Assembly: GCF_000354175.2 (NCBI RefSeq) | Contig: NC_022359.1 | Span: 450,001-482,000, forward strand | DNA: 32,000 nucleotides | Direction of reading: 5' to 3' | Source of the DNA: Vibrio alginolyticus NBRC 15630 = ATCC 17749 | GTDB taxonomy: Bacteria; Pseudomonadota; Gammaproteobacteria; Enterobacterales; Vibrionaceae | In this document: in pieces, positions 1-7,199 of the stretch | How positions within the stretch are numbered: position 1 is the stretch's first letter | Layout: each line of letters opens with the position of its first letter | Position numbers and translations under genes: made by a program | Notes under the pieces: generated by a model | Told to the model about the DNA's origin: nothing | Databases searched by the model: none | What the model saw: the letters and a program-made list of their open reading frames with translations, nothing else

Positions 1-1151
1 GAAATGTTCTGTACATCGCTCTCTAAACGAGAAATCACCGTGCTGGCTTCCGACACCTCTAGCGCGAGTGCTTCGACAGAGTTCGCTGCCGAATCAACAA
101 TGTGTTTTGCTTGTTGCGAGTTTTCATCGGCGTCTCTGGCTGATTGTGCTGCTTGGTTAGCGTTGTTTGAAATCTCGTGCGCCGTTGCTGTCATCTCGGT
201 CATTGCCGCTGCGACTTGTTCGGTCTCTTCACGTTGACCAGAAGCTAATTCATCCACTTGCGATGCACGCTGTGACATCTCGTTGGTCTCTGAAACCACT
301 TCTTGTCCTACGTGGCTAACGCTCTTAATGATGCCTTGCAGGCTTTCAACGAAGATATTGAAGTTACGGCTAAGTTGGGTGAACTCCGGCACGCTCGATT
401 CTTCCATGCGCGCGGTTAAATCTGCATCGCCTTGCGCGAAAGAGTGAATTGAAGCATCAAACTGCTCAATAGGTTTCATGATGCTGCGGTTAACAAATAC
501 GGCAAAGACTGCAACTATTGCTGTTATCGAGGCACAAAACAGGGCTATCGCAGTTAGTGTGGTGTTGAGATCTTCGTGTGCTGCTTTTTCCATGTCTGCC
601 ACAATGGCGTCGATATCGTCAGTGTAGAAGCCCGTACCCAACATCAAGTCCCATTCAGGAATAAAGACTGAGTAGCTGAGTTTCGGTAGTGCTTCACTCT
701 GACCGAGTTTCGGGAAGTAATAAGTCGTGAACTCACCAGTTTTGGCATTTTTTAGCAAATCCTGAATCAGGTAATTGCCTTTCTTGTCCTGCAAGTTATA
801 GAAGTTTTCCCCGATGCCTTTGGTGTTTTTACCCACCACGACACGAACGCCTTTTGAATCATAACCAAAGATGTAGCCGGATTGACCAAACTCTAGTTGT
901 TTCAAGATAGGCAGAGCCTCTTCCAGTGGGGCATTTTGTGCGAGTAGCGGTTCGACAGCGGAACGCGCCATTTGTACGTAACTTTTGAGTTCGGCTTTTT
1001 TCATCTCCATCATTCGACTTCGAGTTTGCTCAATCTCGTGCTCGTTGTAGGCCGTGGTTTGTACGTAGGTGAACCACATCATGCCTATTGCCATAGTTAG
1101 AATTGGAATTATTGAAAGGATATATAGTCGTTTTCTGATCGTCAGATTCAT
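1..1151 (-). CDS. Methyl-accepting chemotaxis protein, N-terminal ~383 codons only (C-terminus lies beyond the left window edge)
   Basis: Absent from the ORF track because it has no in-window stop. I checked every minus-strand codon from ATG 1151-1149 down to position 3 and found no stop. The RBS AGAAGGA lies ~7 nt upstream. Translation: MNLTIRKRLYILSIIPILTMAIGMMWFTYVQ (TM1), then a Cache-type periplasmic signature (GYIFGYDSKG...KLSYSVFIPEWDLMLGTGFYTDDID), a second TM, and at the edge ...LEVSEASTVISRLESDVQNI, typical of the MCP signalling domain. Confidence 0.85.
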   Translation of the reverse strand, partial: MNLTIRKRLYILSIIPILTMAIGMMWFTYVQTTAYNEHEIEQTRSRMMEMKKAELKSYVQMARSAVEPLLAQNAPLEEALPILKQLEFGQSGYIFGYDSKGVRVVVGKNTKGIGENFYNLQDKKGNYLIQDLLKNAKTGEFTTYYFPKLGQSEALPKLSYSVFIPEWDLMLGTGFYTDDIDAIVADMEKAAHEDLNTTLTAIALFCASITAIVAVFAVFVNRSIMKPIEQFDASIHSFAQGDADLTARMEESSVPEFTQLSRNFNIFVESLQGIIKSVSHVGQEVVSETNEMSQRASQVDELASGQREETEQVAAAMTEMTATAHEISNNANQAAQSARDADENSQQAKHIVDSAANSVEALALEVSEASTVISRLESDVQNI

Positions 1152-1326
1152 AGAGACGTCCTTCTCTCGGCGCAGCGTTACAAGTGACAAGCTGAATAAG
1201 CTTGCCTGATAAAAGTGTTAATACTTATTGTTGTAATGCTTAGAGATTAACCGAGTTAATCAATCAGAAGTACTGGAAATTTGTAAATCTAGACGAAGGT
1301 CGTAGCATTTTTAAGCGGGATCACAA

Positions 1327-1713
1327 TTAACGTGAACACGACCCACTATTGCAACGAGAAGTCCCTGTTAACCAATATGAGACGCGATACCTATTCTTTG
1401 CGAATTTGAGGTAAAGCCAGTCAGTAACAGGTTTAACGAGGCGCCAACGCAGTGGAGCGTAGAGCCAACCGCGACCAACTAATTGCCACGCACGATGAGT
1501 CACGTCCAACCCAAGCAGAAGCTCCCCCTTTTCGTTGAGGGCGTGCAAAATGGTGTTGGCTTGTTCAGGATCGATCTGCGGATAATCTGCGAATGTATCA
1601 CTATAGATATCGACGGTTTTGATGTGCTGCTTGGAATCGCGTTGTTTTAGCGCCTTCATCTCTTTGGCACAAAGCGGGCAGGTTCCGTCATAAAATATGG
1701 TGAGGTTTGTCAT
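1327..1713 (-). CDS. DCC-family (DUF393) thiol-disulfide oxidoreductase
   Basis: 128-aa ORF with the N-terminal redox motif FYDGTCPLCAKEM (CxxC). Length and pattern fit the DCC family. Confidence 0.75.
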   Translation of the reverse strand: MTNLTIFYDGTCPLCAKEMKALKQRDSKQHIKTVDIYSDTFADYPQIDPEQANTILHALNEKGELLLGLDVTHRAWQLVGRGWLYAPLRWRLVKPVTDWLYLKFAKNRYRVSYWLTGTSRCNSGSCSR

Positions 1714-1737
1714 TGCGGTCTTCTTATTTGAGATTTT

Positions 1738-2532
1738 CTAATCGCTTTTACGTGGCGAATTTTCTTTTGGTTCATTGTTTTGCAAGTAATGCAGCCAATT
1801 GTCGCGAATGTTGCCGTAATTGAATTGGCAGAACTCTTTGCGATCACGCAGGTAGTCTTTTTCTACTTCATCGAGTAAGGCTTTGTATTGCTCAGGATCA
1901 CTACCGTACACCAAACATAACGTTGAAAAGTAACGCTGCAAATCAAAGCTGTGTTCGTCAATGTACTCGCCAAAATCGTAGTAGTCCGGTCTGTCGTCGG
2001 ATTCGAATGCGAACATGTCGGCGGCGCTAATGGCCATATCTGCGCCATCTTTTAGGAAGTCAATCATTAAAATAGTGGCAAAATTATCGACCGCATCTTC
2101 TTCTTTTCCGAGAACAGGGATGCTTTGATCTTCGATGTAAGCATGTCCAGCTTCATGAAGTAAAGTGTGCAATAACGTATCTAGCGCCCCTGTTTTTGGG
2201 GATTTTCCGAAGCGTTCTCCATACTGATTATTGGAGAAGTAATTGAGCGACTCCAAATAAAAAGTGTAAGGAACGTATATTGTGTGTGTATCAGGATCAT
2301 ACATTGGACCATCTTCTCCGCCGTAAACCAGCGTGAGAGCTTTATCAAATGGAAAGTAGGCCTGAGACAGCTCAACAAAGATGGTGTTTACATCGCTGCT
2401 TTTAATCGATTGTTGGGCGATTTTTTCATGAGTTGTCTCTATGGGAGAATATTGAATACGAATGTTTTCAGCTGCTGTAGCTGATGAGACGATGCTGAGT
2501 AATAGCGCAGCGCAAAGCGAATGAATGTTCAT
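1738..2532 (-). CDS. Secreted putative zinc metallopeptidase (HExxH; DUF4344-like, family name from memory)
   Basis: 264-aa ORF with a signal-peptide-like N-terminus (MNIHSLCAALLLSIVSSATAA) and an HExxH motif (LLHEAGHAY). AAGAG RBS ~6 nt upstream of the ATG at 2532. Confidence 0.65.
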   Translation of the reverse strand: MNIHSLCAALLLSIVSSATAAENIRIQYSPIETTHEKIAQQSIKSSDVNTIFVELSQAYFPFDKALTLVYGGEDGPMYDPDTHTIYVPYTFYLESLNYFSNNQYGERFGKSPKTGALDTLLHTLLHEAGHAYIEDQSIPVLGKEEDAVDNFATILMIDFLKDGADMAISAADMFAFESDDRPDYYDFGEYIDEHSFDLQRYFSTLCLVYGSDPEQYKALLDEVEKDYLRDRKEFCQFNYGNIRDNWLHYLQNNEPKENSPRKSD

Positions 2533-2557
2533 GTGGGACTCTTGTTATTGAATAACT

Positions 2558-2575
2558 TGTATAAAAAATTATACA
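2558..2575. promoter_or_regulatory. Perfect inverted repeat TGTATAA-N4-TTATACA upstream of the HExxH-protein gene
   Basis: 7-bp arms at 2558-2564 and 2569-2575, 26 nt upstream of the start codon at 2532. Candidate operator. Confidence 0.3.
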
Positions 2576-2852
2576 TGTTTTTGTCTGATGCATAGTTGGG
2601 GTTGTACTCATTAGCCAAAGTCGGGACGTCGGTCTCGAAAAGCAATCATGATAACATCGCATATTTCGGCTGCTTGGTTCTCTAGGGCGTTTATCAAGAC
2701 CTCTTGGATAAGAACGGCGGTGAAGTTATTAGCTATGCATCGTTTTCTAAGAAGCTTACTGAGTAACTGTGCTTCGATCTTTATCTGTGAAAATGATAAT
2801 AGGCAGTTAATCATTGCAAGGTTTAACCATGGGGTTGGTGAATGTCACTGAA

Positions 2853-2883
2853 TTGAAGAAAATTATCAGCGATATGTTATAAT
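2853..2883 (+). promoter_or_regulatory. Candidate sigma70 promoter with extended -10
   Basis: TTGAAG (2853-2858), a 19-bp spacer, then TGT-TATAAT (TGn 2875-2877; TATAAT 2878-2883). The -10 is a perfect consensus. The spacer is long, but the extended -10 could compensate. No gene follows for ~500 nt. Confidence 0.4.
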
Positions 2884-3176
2884 CCTGCTCCGTTGTGACG
2901 AAAACGTTTGTTGCAGCCTGAGAGTTTCCTTGGATTCGGCTCGTTTATACACCATGAGCCAGAGTTGAAAAGCTACGACAGGAACAGGCAAACCCAATTG
3001 TTTTGAACGCGCTCTCGGCGTTTAGCGGTTACAACGGGAAGGAACTTTGTTTGATAGTAATTGACACATTCTGTTTAAGTAAGGGAGCCCGAAGTGGTTC
3101 AGAAAGTGTCACCCAGAATTTACTCACAACACGACAGCCCAAGCGATAACGCACAGGTATTGCGAGGGGCCATTTG

Positions 3177-3205
3177 AAGGAGCTGTATCAGCTCCTTTCA
3201 CATTT
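3177..3205 (+). other. Stable hairpin in the gltS-1 upstream region (possible sRNA 3' end or attenuator)
   Basis: AAGGAGCTG-tat-CAGCTCCTT, a 9-bp perfect stem (3177-3197), followed by TCACATTT, a weak U-tract. Confidence 0.35.
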
Positions 3206-3394
3206 AAGGGCTTGCTAACAGCGTAAAAACTGACACATCGCTTAAGGAGCGCCCCTTAAACTAGCCTAAGGCGCATCTACACCAACTTTTTGAGTATTTT
3301 CGAAACAATAAAGCGAGAAAATTTGCTATTGAACGAAGGTTAAACTAACACTCATTCATTACGGAGAATGAAGAGAACAATAATAAGAGGCGAT

Positions 3395-4630
3395 ATGAAT
3401 CATTTAATATCTGTAGGTGCACTGGAGTCCTTCTTGGTCGCAATCAGTGTGCTTTTCCTGGGGCATTTTATTAATGCTAAGCTACCGATTTTAAAGAAAT
3501 TCAACATACCTGAGCCGATTGTAGGTGGTCTTATTGTAGCCTGCATGATTACTGCTCTTCATTTCAACGGCATCGATTTAGAGTTCGACTTGCCATTACA
3601 AAATACGTTTATGTTAATGTTTTTTGCGACAGTTGGTTTGGCCGCAAATTACACTCAGTTGATGAAAGGAGGTGCGAAGGTTTTTATCTTCTTAGCTGTC
3701 GCATCGTTTTACATCATCATACAAAACGGCGTTGGCGTTTCACTTGCGGCGGCGCTCGGTTTAGATCCTTTGATGGGGTTAATTGCTGGCTCGATTACTC
3801 TGTCTGGTGGTCATGGTACAGGTGCTGCGTGGTCACAAACCTTTCAAGACGTGTATGGATTGGATAACGTCTTAGAAATTGCAATGGCATCAGCGACTTT
3901 TGGTTTGATCATCGGCGGTATCATTGGTAGCCCTGTAGCGCAGCGCCTAGTCGAAAAGAACAGCATAGAGTCTGAGTATGGTCGTGGTGGTCGAGATGCC
4001 AAAACTCACGAGAAATTCCCGGAGTTGGTGACTTACAATGAATACGAAGAAGATAAAGTAACGGCGAAAAAAGTGGTGGAGAAACTCTTCTTCCTACTGA
4101 TCTGTGTTACTGGGGCCAAGTATGTCGAGCAATGGGTAAGCACGTATGAAATCTCATGGCTGATGATTCCAGACTTCGTATATGCGCTATTCATTGGTGT
4201 GATCATTACGAATTTCTTGGAAGTGACCAAGATTCGTAAGTTAGATGCCGAAACGGTCGATATGTTAGGTACGGTATCGCTATCTCTGTTCTTAGCGATG
4301 GCTCTGATGAGCTTGAAGTTATGGAATATCTTCGATCTAGCGATTCCATTCTTGGTTATTTTAGCTGTGCAGTCTGTCGTCTTAGCAATCTTTACGTACT
4401 ATGTTACGTTCAAAGTGATGGGAAGCAACTACGATGCTGCGGTTATTGCAGGGGGGCACTGCGGTTTTGGCTTGGGTGCAACCCCAACAGCCGTAATGAA
4501 CATGGGTTCAATCGTTAACCGATTTGGCCCGTCGCCACAAGCATTTATGGTGGTGCCAATTGTGGGCGCTTTCTTTATCGACATCGTCAACTTAATTATC
4601 TTGCAAGGCTACATTTCATTCCTTGGTTAA
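3395..4630 (+). CDS. gltS: Sodium/glutamate symporter GltS (paralog 1)
   Basis: Track ORF is 3368-4630. I moved the start to ATG 3395, which has AAGAGG 5 nt upstream and aligns with the MNQVISIG start of the paralog at 7200. Polytopic membrane protein with GltS-type blocks (GSITLSGGHGTGAAW, GHCGFGLGATPTAVMNMG). Confidence 0.9.
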   Translation: MNHLISVGALESFLVAISVLFLGHFINAKLPILKKFNIPEPIVGGLIVACMITALHFNGIDLEFDLPLQNTFMLMFFATVGLAANYTQLMKGGAKVFIFLAVASFYIIIQNGVGVSLAAALGLDPLMGLIAGSITLSGGHGTGAAWSQTFQDVYGLDNVLEIAMASATFGLIIGGIIGSPVAQRLVEKNSIESEYGRGGRDAKTHEKFPELVTYNEYEEDKVTAKKVVEKLFFLLICVTGAKYVEQWVSTYEISWLMIPDFVYALFIGVIITNFLEVTKIRKLDAETVDMLGTVSLSLFLAMALMSLKLWNIFDLAIPFLVILAVQSVVLAIFTYYVTFKVMGSNYDAAVIAGGHCGFGLGATPTAVMNMGSIVNRFGPSPQAFMVVPIVGAFFIDIVNLIILQGYISFLG

Positions 4631-4661
4631 AGTTAAGTGGATGAGCTCCTAGAGGCGAAAT

Positions 4662-4697
4662 AAAAACGGTCACAACACTGGTTGTGACCGTTTTTTT
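4662..4697. terminator. Bidirectional rho-independent terminator
   Basis: AAAAA-CGGTCACAAC-actg-GTTGTGACCG-TTTTTTT between the convergent gltS-1 and ABC permease genes. Confidence 0.9.
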
Positions 4698-4730
4698 ATG
4701 ACTTGGTTTGGTCGTTTATTGAACGAAGAA

Positions 4731-5561
4731 TTATTGGATAGTTCGGCTGAACTTGAGGCTAGCTGTCCAACCAAGAATACCAATGAAGGCGTAAATGCCA
4801 ACGTTTAACCAACCCGCTTGAGGAATGGCATTGAATGGGTTTGGTGTAATAATGGCGTGCAGCGGAAGGTAAAGCACTTCGGAGAAAAACTGATCTAGCC
4901 CGTAGAAACCAAAAAGTGCGATAGGCATCCAACGCAGCGCATAAATGGCGATAAACAAAATGACCAGTGGTGAGTTCACTTTTTGTGAAATAGCCATCGC
5001 AGTTAATGCCAGCGGTAACAGCAGAATACCGGCGAAAAACATTCTGATTAAAAACTCTCCCCAATGCAGCAGCACGTAACCTAACGAGGCTTGGCGGTAC
5101 AATAAAGCCAATTGGTGATCAGTAGAGATGTTCAGCAACCACAACATTAAATTTGCAGCGAGTACGAGCACCGAGCAGACGAGCGGAATCACCAATAAGC
5201 CAAATCCTAGCTTCACTAAATGGGTTTTTATGTCACTGACAGGCATACTGCGCCAAAACATAATGCTGCCTTCCGCCCGTTCTTTGCGTAGCGTTCTTGG
5301 GAAGTACTGAACGGCTAACAAGATAGACAGCAGCCCTGCTCCTCCGGTAATCAACATATTGACATCATCGCCAAGCTCTTTGTGAATGTCACTGACATCG
5401 CCACCAAAGCTCATTTGGAAAAACATATTGTGTTGTAGAGTGTCGTTACTCATTAAACTCACAAAGAGAATAACTCCACACGCCAACACAAACAGTGGAA
5501 TACGTAAAACAAGAGGGTTTTCTAACCACTCTTTTTGCAACATCGCGACAACTGAACGCAT
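4731..5561 (-). CDS. ABC-2-type transporter permease
   Basis: Track ORF is 4731-5666. I moved the start to ATG 5561-5559 (MRSVVAMLQKEW...), which shares one base with the TAA stop of the upstream ATPase gene (TAATG). 276 aa, about 6 hydrophobic helices. Permease role is inferred from the operon context. Confidence 0.7.
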   Translation of the reverse strand: MRSVVAMLQKEWLENPLVLRIPLFVLACGVILFVSLMSNDTLQHNMFFQMSFGGDVSDIHKELGDDVNMLITGGAGLLSILLAVQYFPRTLRKERAEGSIMFWRSMPVSDIKTHLVKLGFGLLVIPLVCSVLVLAANLMLWLLNISTDHQLALLYRQASLGYVLLHWGEFLIRMFFAGILLLPLALTAMAISQKVNSPLVILFIAIYALRWMPIALFGFYGLDQFFSEVLYLPLHAIITPNPFNAIPQAGWLNVGIYAFIGILGWTASLKFSRTIQ

Positions 5562-6418
5562 TACGCTGCCTCCTTCTGCAATGCTAAAAATAGATCCGCT
5601 AACTTCACCCCATGGATGGAGCCCATTGTTTCTGCTTGTTGGGCATACTGGGCTTTGAGTAACCATTTCGTTGAACCGAGGCCTTTTTGTGACGAGAGTG
5701 GGTTCATCGCTTCAATTTGTGTGCGGTGCTCGTCGTTGGCTTCAAGAATGAAATAGTCTTCACTGATACTGTCCATCGAGGTTTGCAGAACGGGGCGACC
5801 ATGCTTAAGAATCAGAACATCTGTCAGCAAGTGCTCAATCTCTGATACTTCATGACTGGCGATGATCAACACGCGATCGCCGTCGTGAAACCATTCCAAT
5901 AAGTGACGATAAAACGTCTCGCGATACACGAGATCTAACCCGAGTGTCGGTTCATCCAATATGAGGATTTGGGTGTTGGTTGCGATCACAATCGCGAGGT
6001 GTAATTGCACCTTCATCCCTTTGGATAAAGATTTGATACGCGCACGAGGTTTGATGTCCGTTTGACGAAGTAGCGTATCTGCTTGGGCGCGATTGAACCC
6101 TGGATGCACGCCCTCGGTATAGTTAAGCAGTTGAGCAACGGTCATCCAATCTGGCAGAACGTTGACATCCGAGATGTAGGATAAGCTCTGCATTATCTTG
6201 TCGCGTTGCATAATGGGTTCAAATCCGTTGATACGAATAGTGCCCTGATATTCATGTGCACCGAGTAGGGCATTAATAAGCGTTGATTTACCTGCGCCAT
6301 TATGGCCGAGTAAGCCAAGTACTTGTCCTGCATGTAGGTCGAAACTCACTTCATGCAGTGCTTCTCCTTGTTGCTGATAGTGCTTGGAGACGTTGTTTAC
6401 ACTGACTAATGCGCTCAT
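5561..6418 (-). CDS. ABC transporter ATP-binding protein
   Basis: Walker A GHNGAGKST, signature-like LSKGMKVQL, Walker B ILILDEPT, H-loop SHE. The start ATG overlaps the stop of the upstream regulator gene (ATGA at 6415-6418). Confidence 0.9.
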   Translation of the reverse strand: MSALVSVNNVSKHYQQQGEALHEVSFDLHAGQVLGLLGHNGAGKSTLINALLGAHEYQGTIRINGFEPIMQRDKIMQSLSYISDVNVLPDWMTVAQLLNYTEGVHPGFNRAQADTLLRQTDIKPRARIKSLSKGMKVQLHLAIVIATNTQILILDEPTLGLDLVYRETFYRHLLEWFHDGDRVLIIASHEVSEIEHLLTDVLILKHGRPVLQTSMDSISEDYFILEANDEHRTQIEAMNPLSSQKGLGSTKWLLKAQYAQQAETMGSIHGVKLADLFLALQKEAA

Positions 6419-6786
6419 TGGTCACCTTTCAAGTGTGGTTTTAGTTGTAGAATGAATTCGTCGAGTGACATATCCAGACGCTGTATTGTGTCGGCTATCT
6501 GCGGAATTTGTTGCTGAAGAAAACGTGCCTTCTCGTCTGCGAGTAATTTGAGCTTTGCTCCTGAAGCGACAAACATACCTTGACCGCGTTTTTTCTCCAC
6601 TAGCCCGTCATCAACAAGCAATTGATAGCCTTTCATTACGGTGAGGTGGTTAATTTTCATATCTGCAGAGATGCTACGGACGGAGGGCAGAGCATCGCCT
6701 TCTTGCCAGACACCTTGCAGTATTTGCTGCGTGATCAGGTCTGCCAACTGTCGAAATATCGGTTGGCGATCATGCCAATTAGTCAT
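6415..6786 (-). CDS. GntR-family transcriptional regulator, YtrA-like short subfamily
   Basis: Track ORF is 6415-6831. I moved the start to ATG 6786 (MTNWHDRQPIFRQLADL...) with AAGAGA upstream. 123 aa with a GntR wHTH (LPSVRSISADMKINHLTVMKGYQLLVDDGLV) and a very short C-terminal part, as in YtrA-type regulators that sit next to ABC exporters. Confidence 0.85.
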   Translation of the reverse strand: MTNWHDRQPIFRQLADLITQQILQGVWQEGDALPSVRSISADMKINHLTVMKGYQLLVDDGLVEKKRGQGMFVASGAKLKLLADEKARFLQQQIPQIADTIQRLDMSLDEFILQLKPHLKGDQ

Positions 6787-6808
6787 GAGTGAATCTCTTG
6801 GTTGAGAT

Positions 6809-6832
6809 GGTGTTATATATATGTATAACACC
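6809..6832. promoter_or_regulatory. Candidate YtrA/GntR autoregulatory operator
   Basis: Perfect inverted repeat GGTGTTATA-tatatg-TATAACACC with 9-bp arms, 23 nt upstream of the regulator start (6786). It fits the generic GntR GT-Nx-AC operator pattern. Confidence 0.55.
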
Positions 6833-6951
6833 TAGTGCATTAGAGAGAAAGTAATAATTTAAAACCTAGTGTATCCGCCTCTCTCATTCGCTCTAAATAT
6901 CCACCTATGTGGTCGTTGTTTTGAGGTTTTGTTTTATATGGAAATTAATTG

Positions 6952-6987
6952 CTTCTCATAAGTTGAGAAGTGTTGTTTTTCTCTTCC
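6952..6987 (+). terminator. Terminator-like hairpin inside the gltS-2 upstream region
   Basis: CTTCTCA-taagt-TGAGAAG (6952-6970) followed by TGTTGTTTTTCTCTTCC. It lies ~230 nt upstream of the gltS-2 start. Confidence 0.4.
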
Positions 6988-7199
6988 CATCAATACACTT
7001 ATCGCCTGTTCTAAATGAATATTCTCACTGAATGATAATTAGCATAATTTTAGGTCTGCCTATTTCTTACTTGATGAGAATCAATGGTCAAAGAGGCCTA
7101 GAAAACAAAAGTTTCGAGAGGCAATCTGACTGGCTTAGGCACCTATCTCACGTTGAGCTCGTGCTCAATGAATGAGAAAGAGTAGAGTAAAGAGGTCTC

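Noticed and set aside
4-237. 77-aa plus-strand ORF from the track
   Set aside because: It lies antisense inside the open MCP reading frame. Its low-complexity Ala/Ser/Cys-rich translation is typical of an antisense frame, and it has no RBS.
2611-2851. Two mutually overlapping 67-aa ORFs (2611-2814 minus, 2648-2851 plus)
   Set aside because: Neither has a Shine-Dalgarno sequence or a recognisable motif, and they overlap each other antisense. I treat the region as non-coding, though the minus-strand ORF cannot be fully excluded.
2984-2995. ACAGGCAAACCC resembles the conserved ACAGGGCAAACC start of the c-di-GMP-I (GEMM-I) riboswitch
   Set aside because: The following GNRA-capped P1 hairpin and the GACGCAAAGCC...CCGG second half are absent, so the match is limited to one short block.
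2884-3290. Possible CsrB/CsrC-type GGA-rich sponge sRNA, with several AAGGA/GGGA motifs, some in hairpin loops
   Set aside because: I count only about 7 GGA triplets in ~400-500 nt, roughly what base composition predicts by chance. Real Csr sRNAs carry far more. I found no TGTAAG-N6-CTTACA GacA/VarA box upstream.
2791-7038. Shared Fur-box-like 9-mer AATGATAAT upstream of both gltS copies (2791-2799 and 7030-7038)
   Set aside because: Each site matches only about 12 of 19 positions of the Fur consensus. One shared 9-mer between two ~500-bp AT-rich regions is expected by chance.
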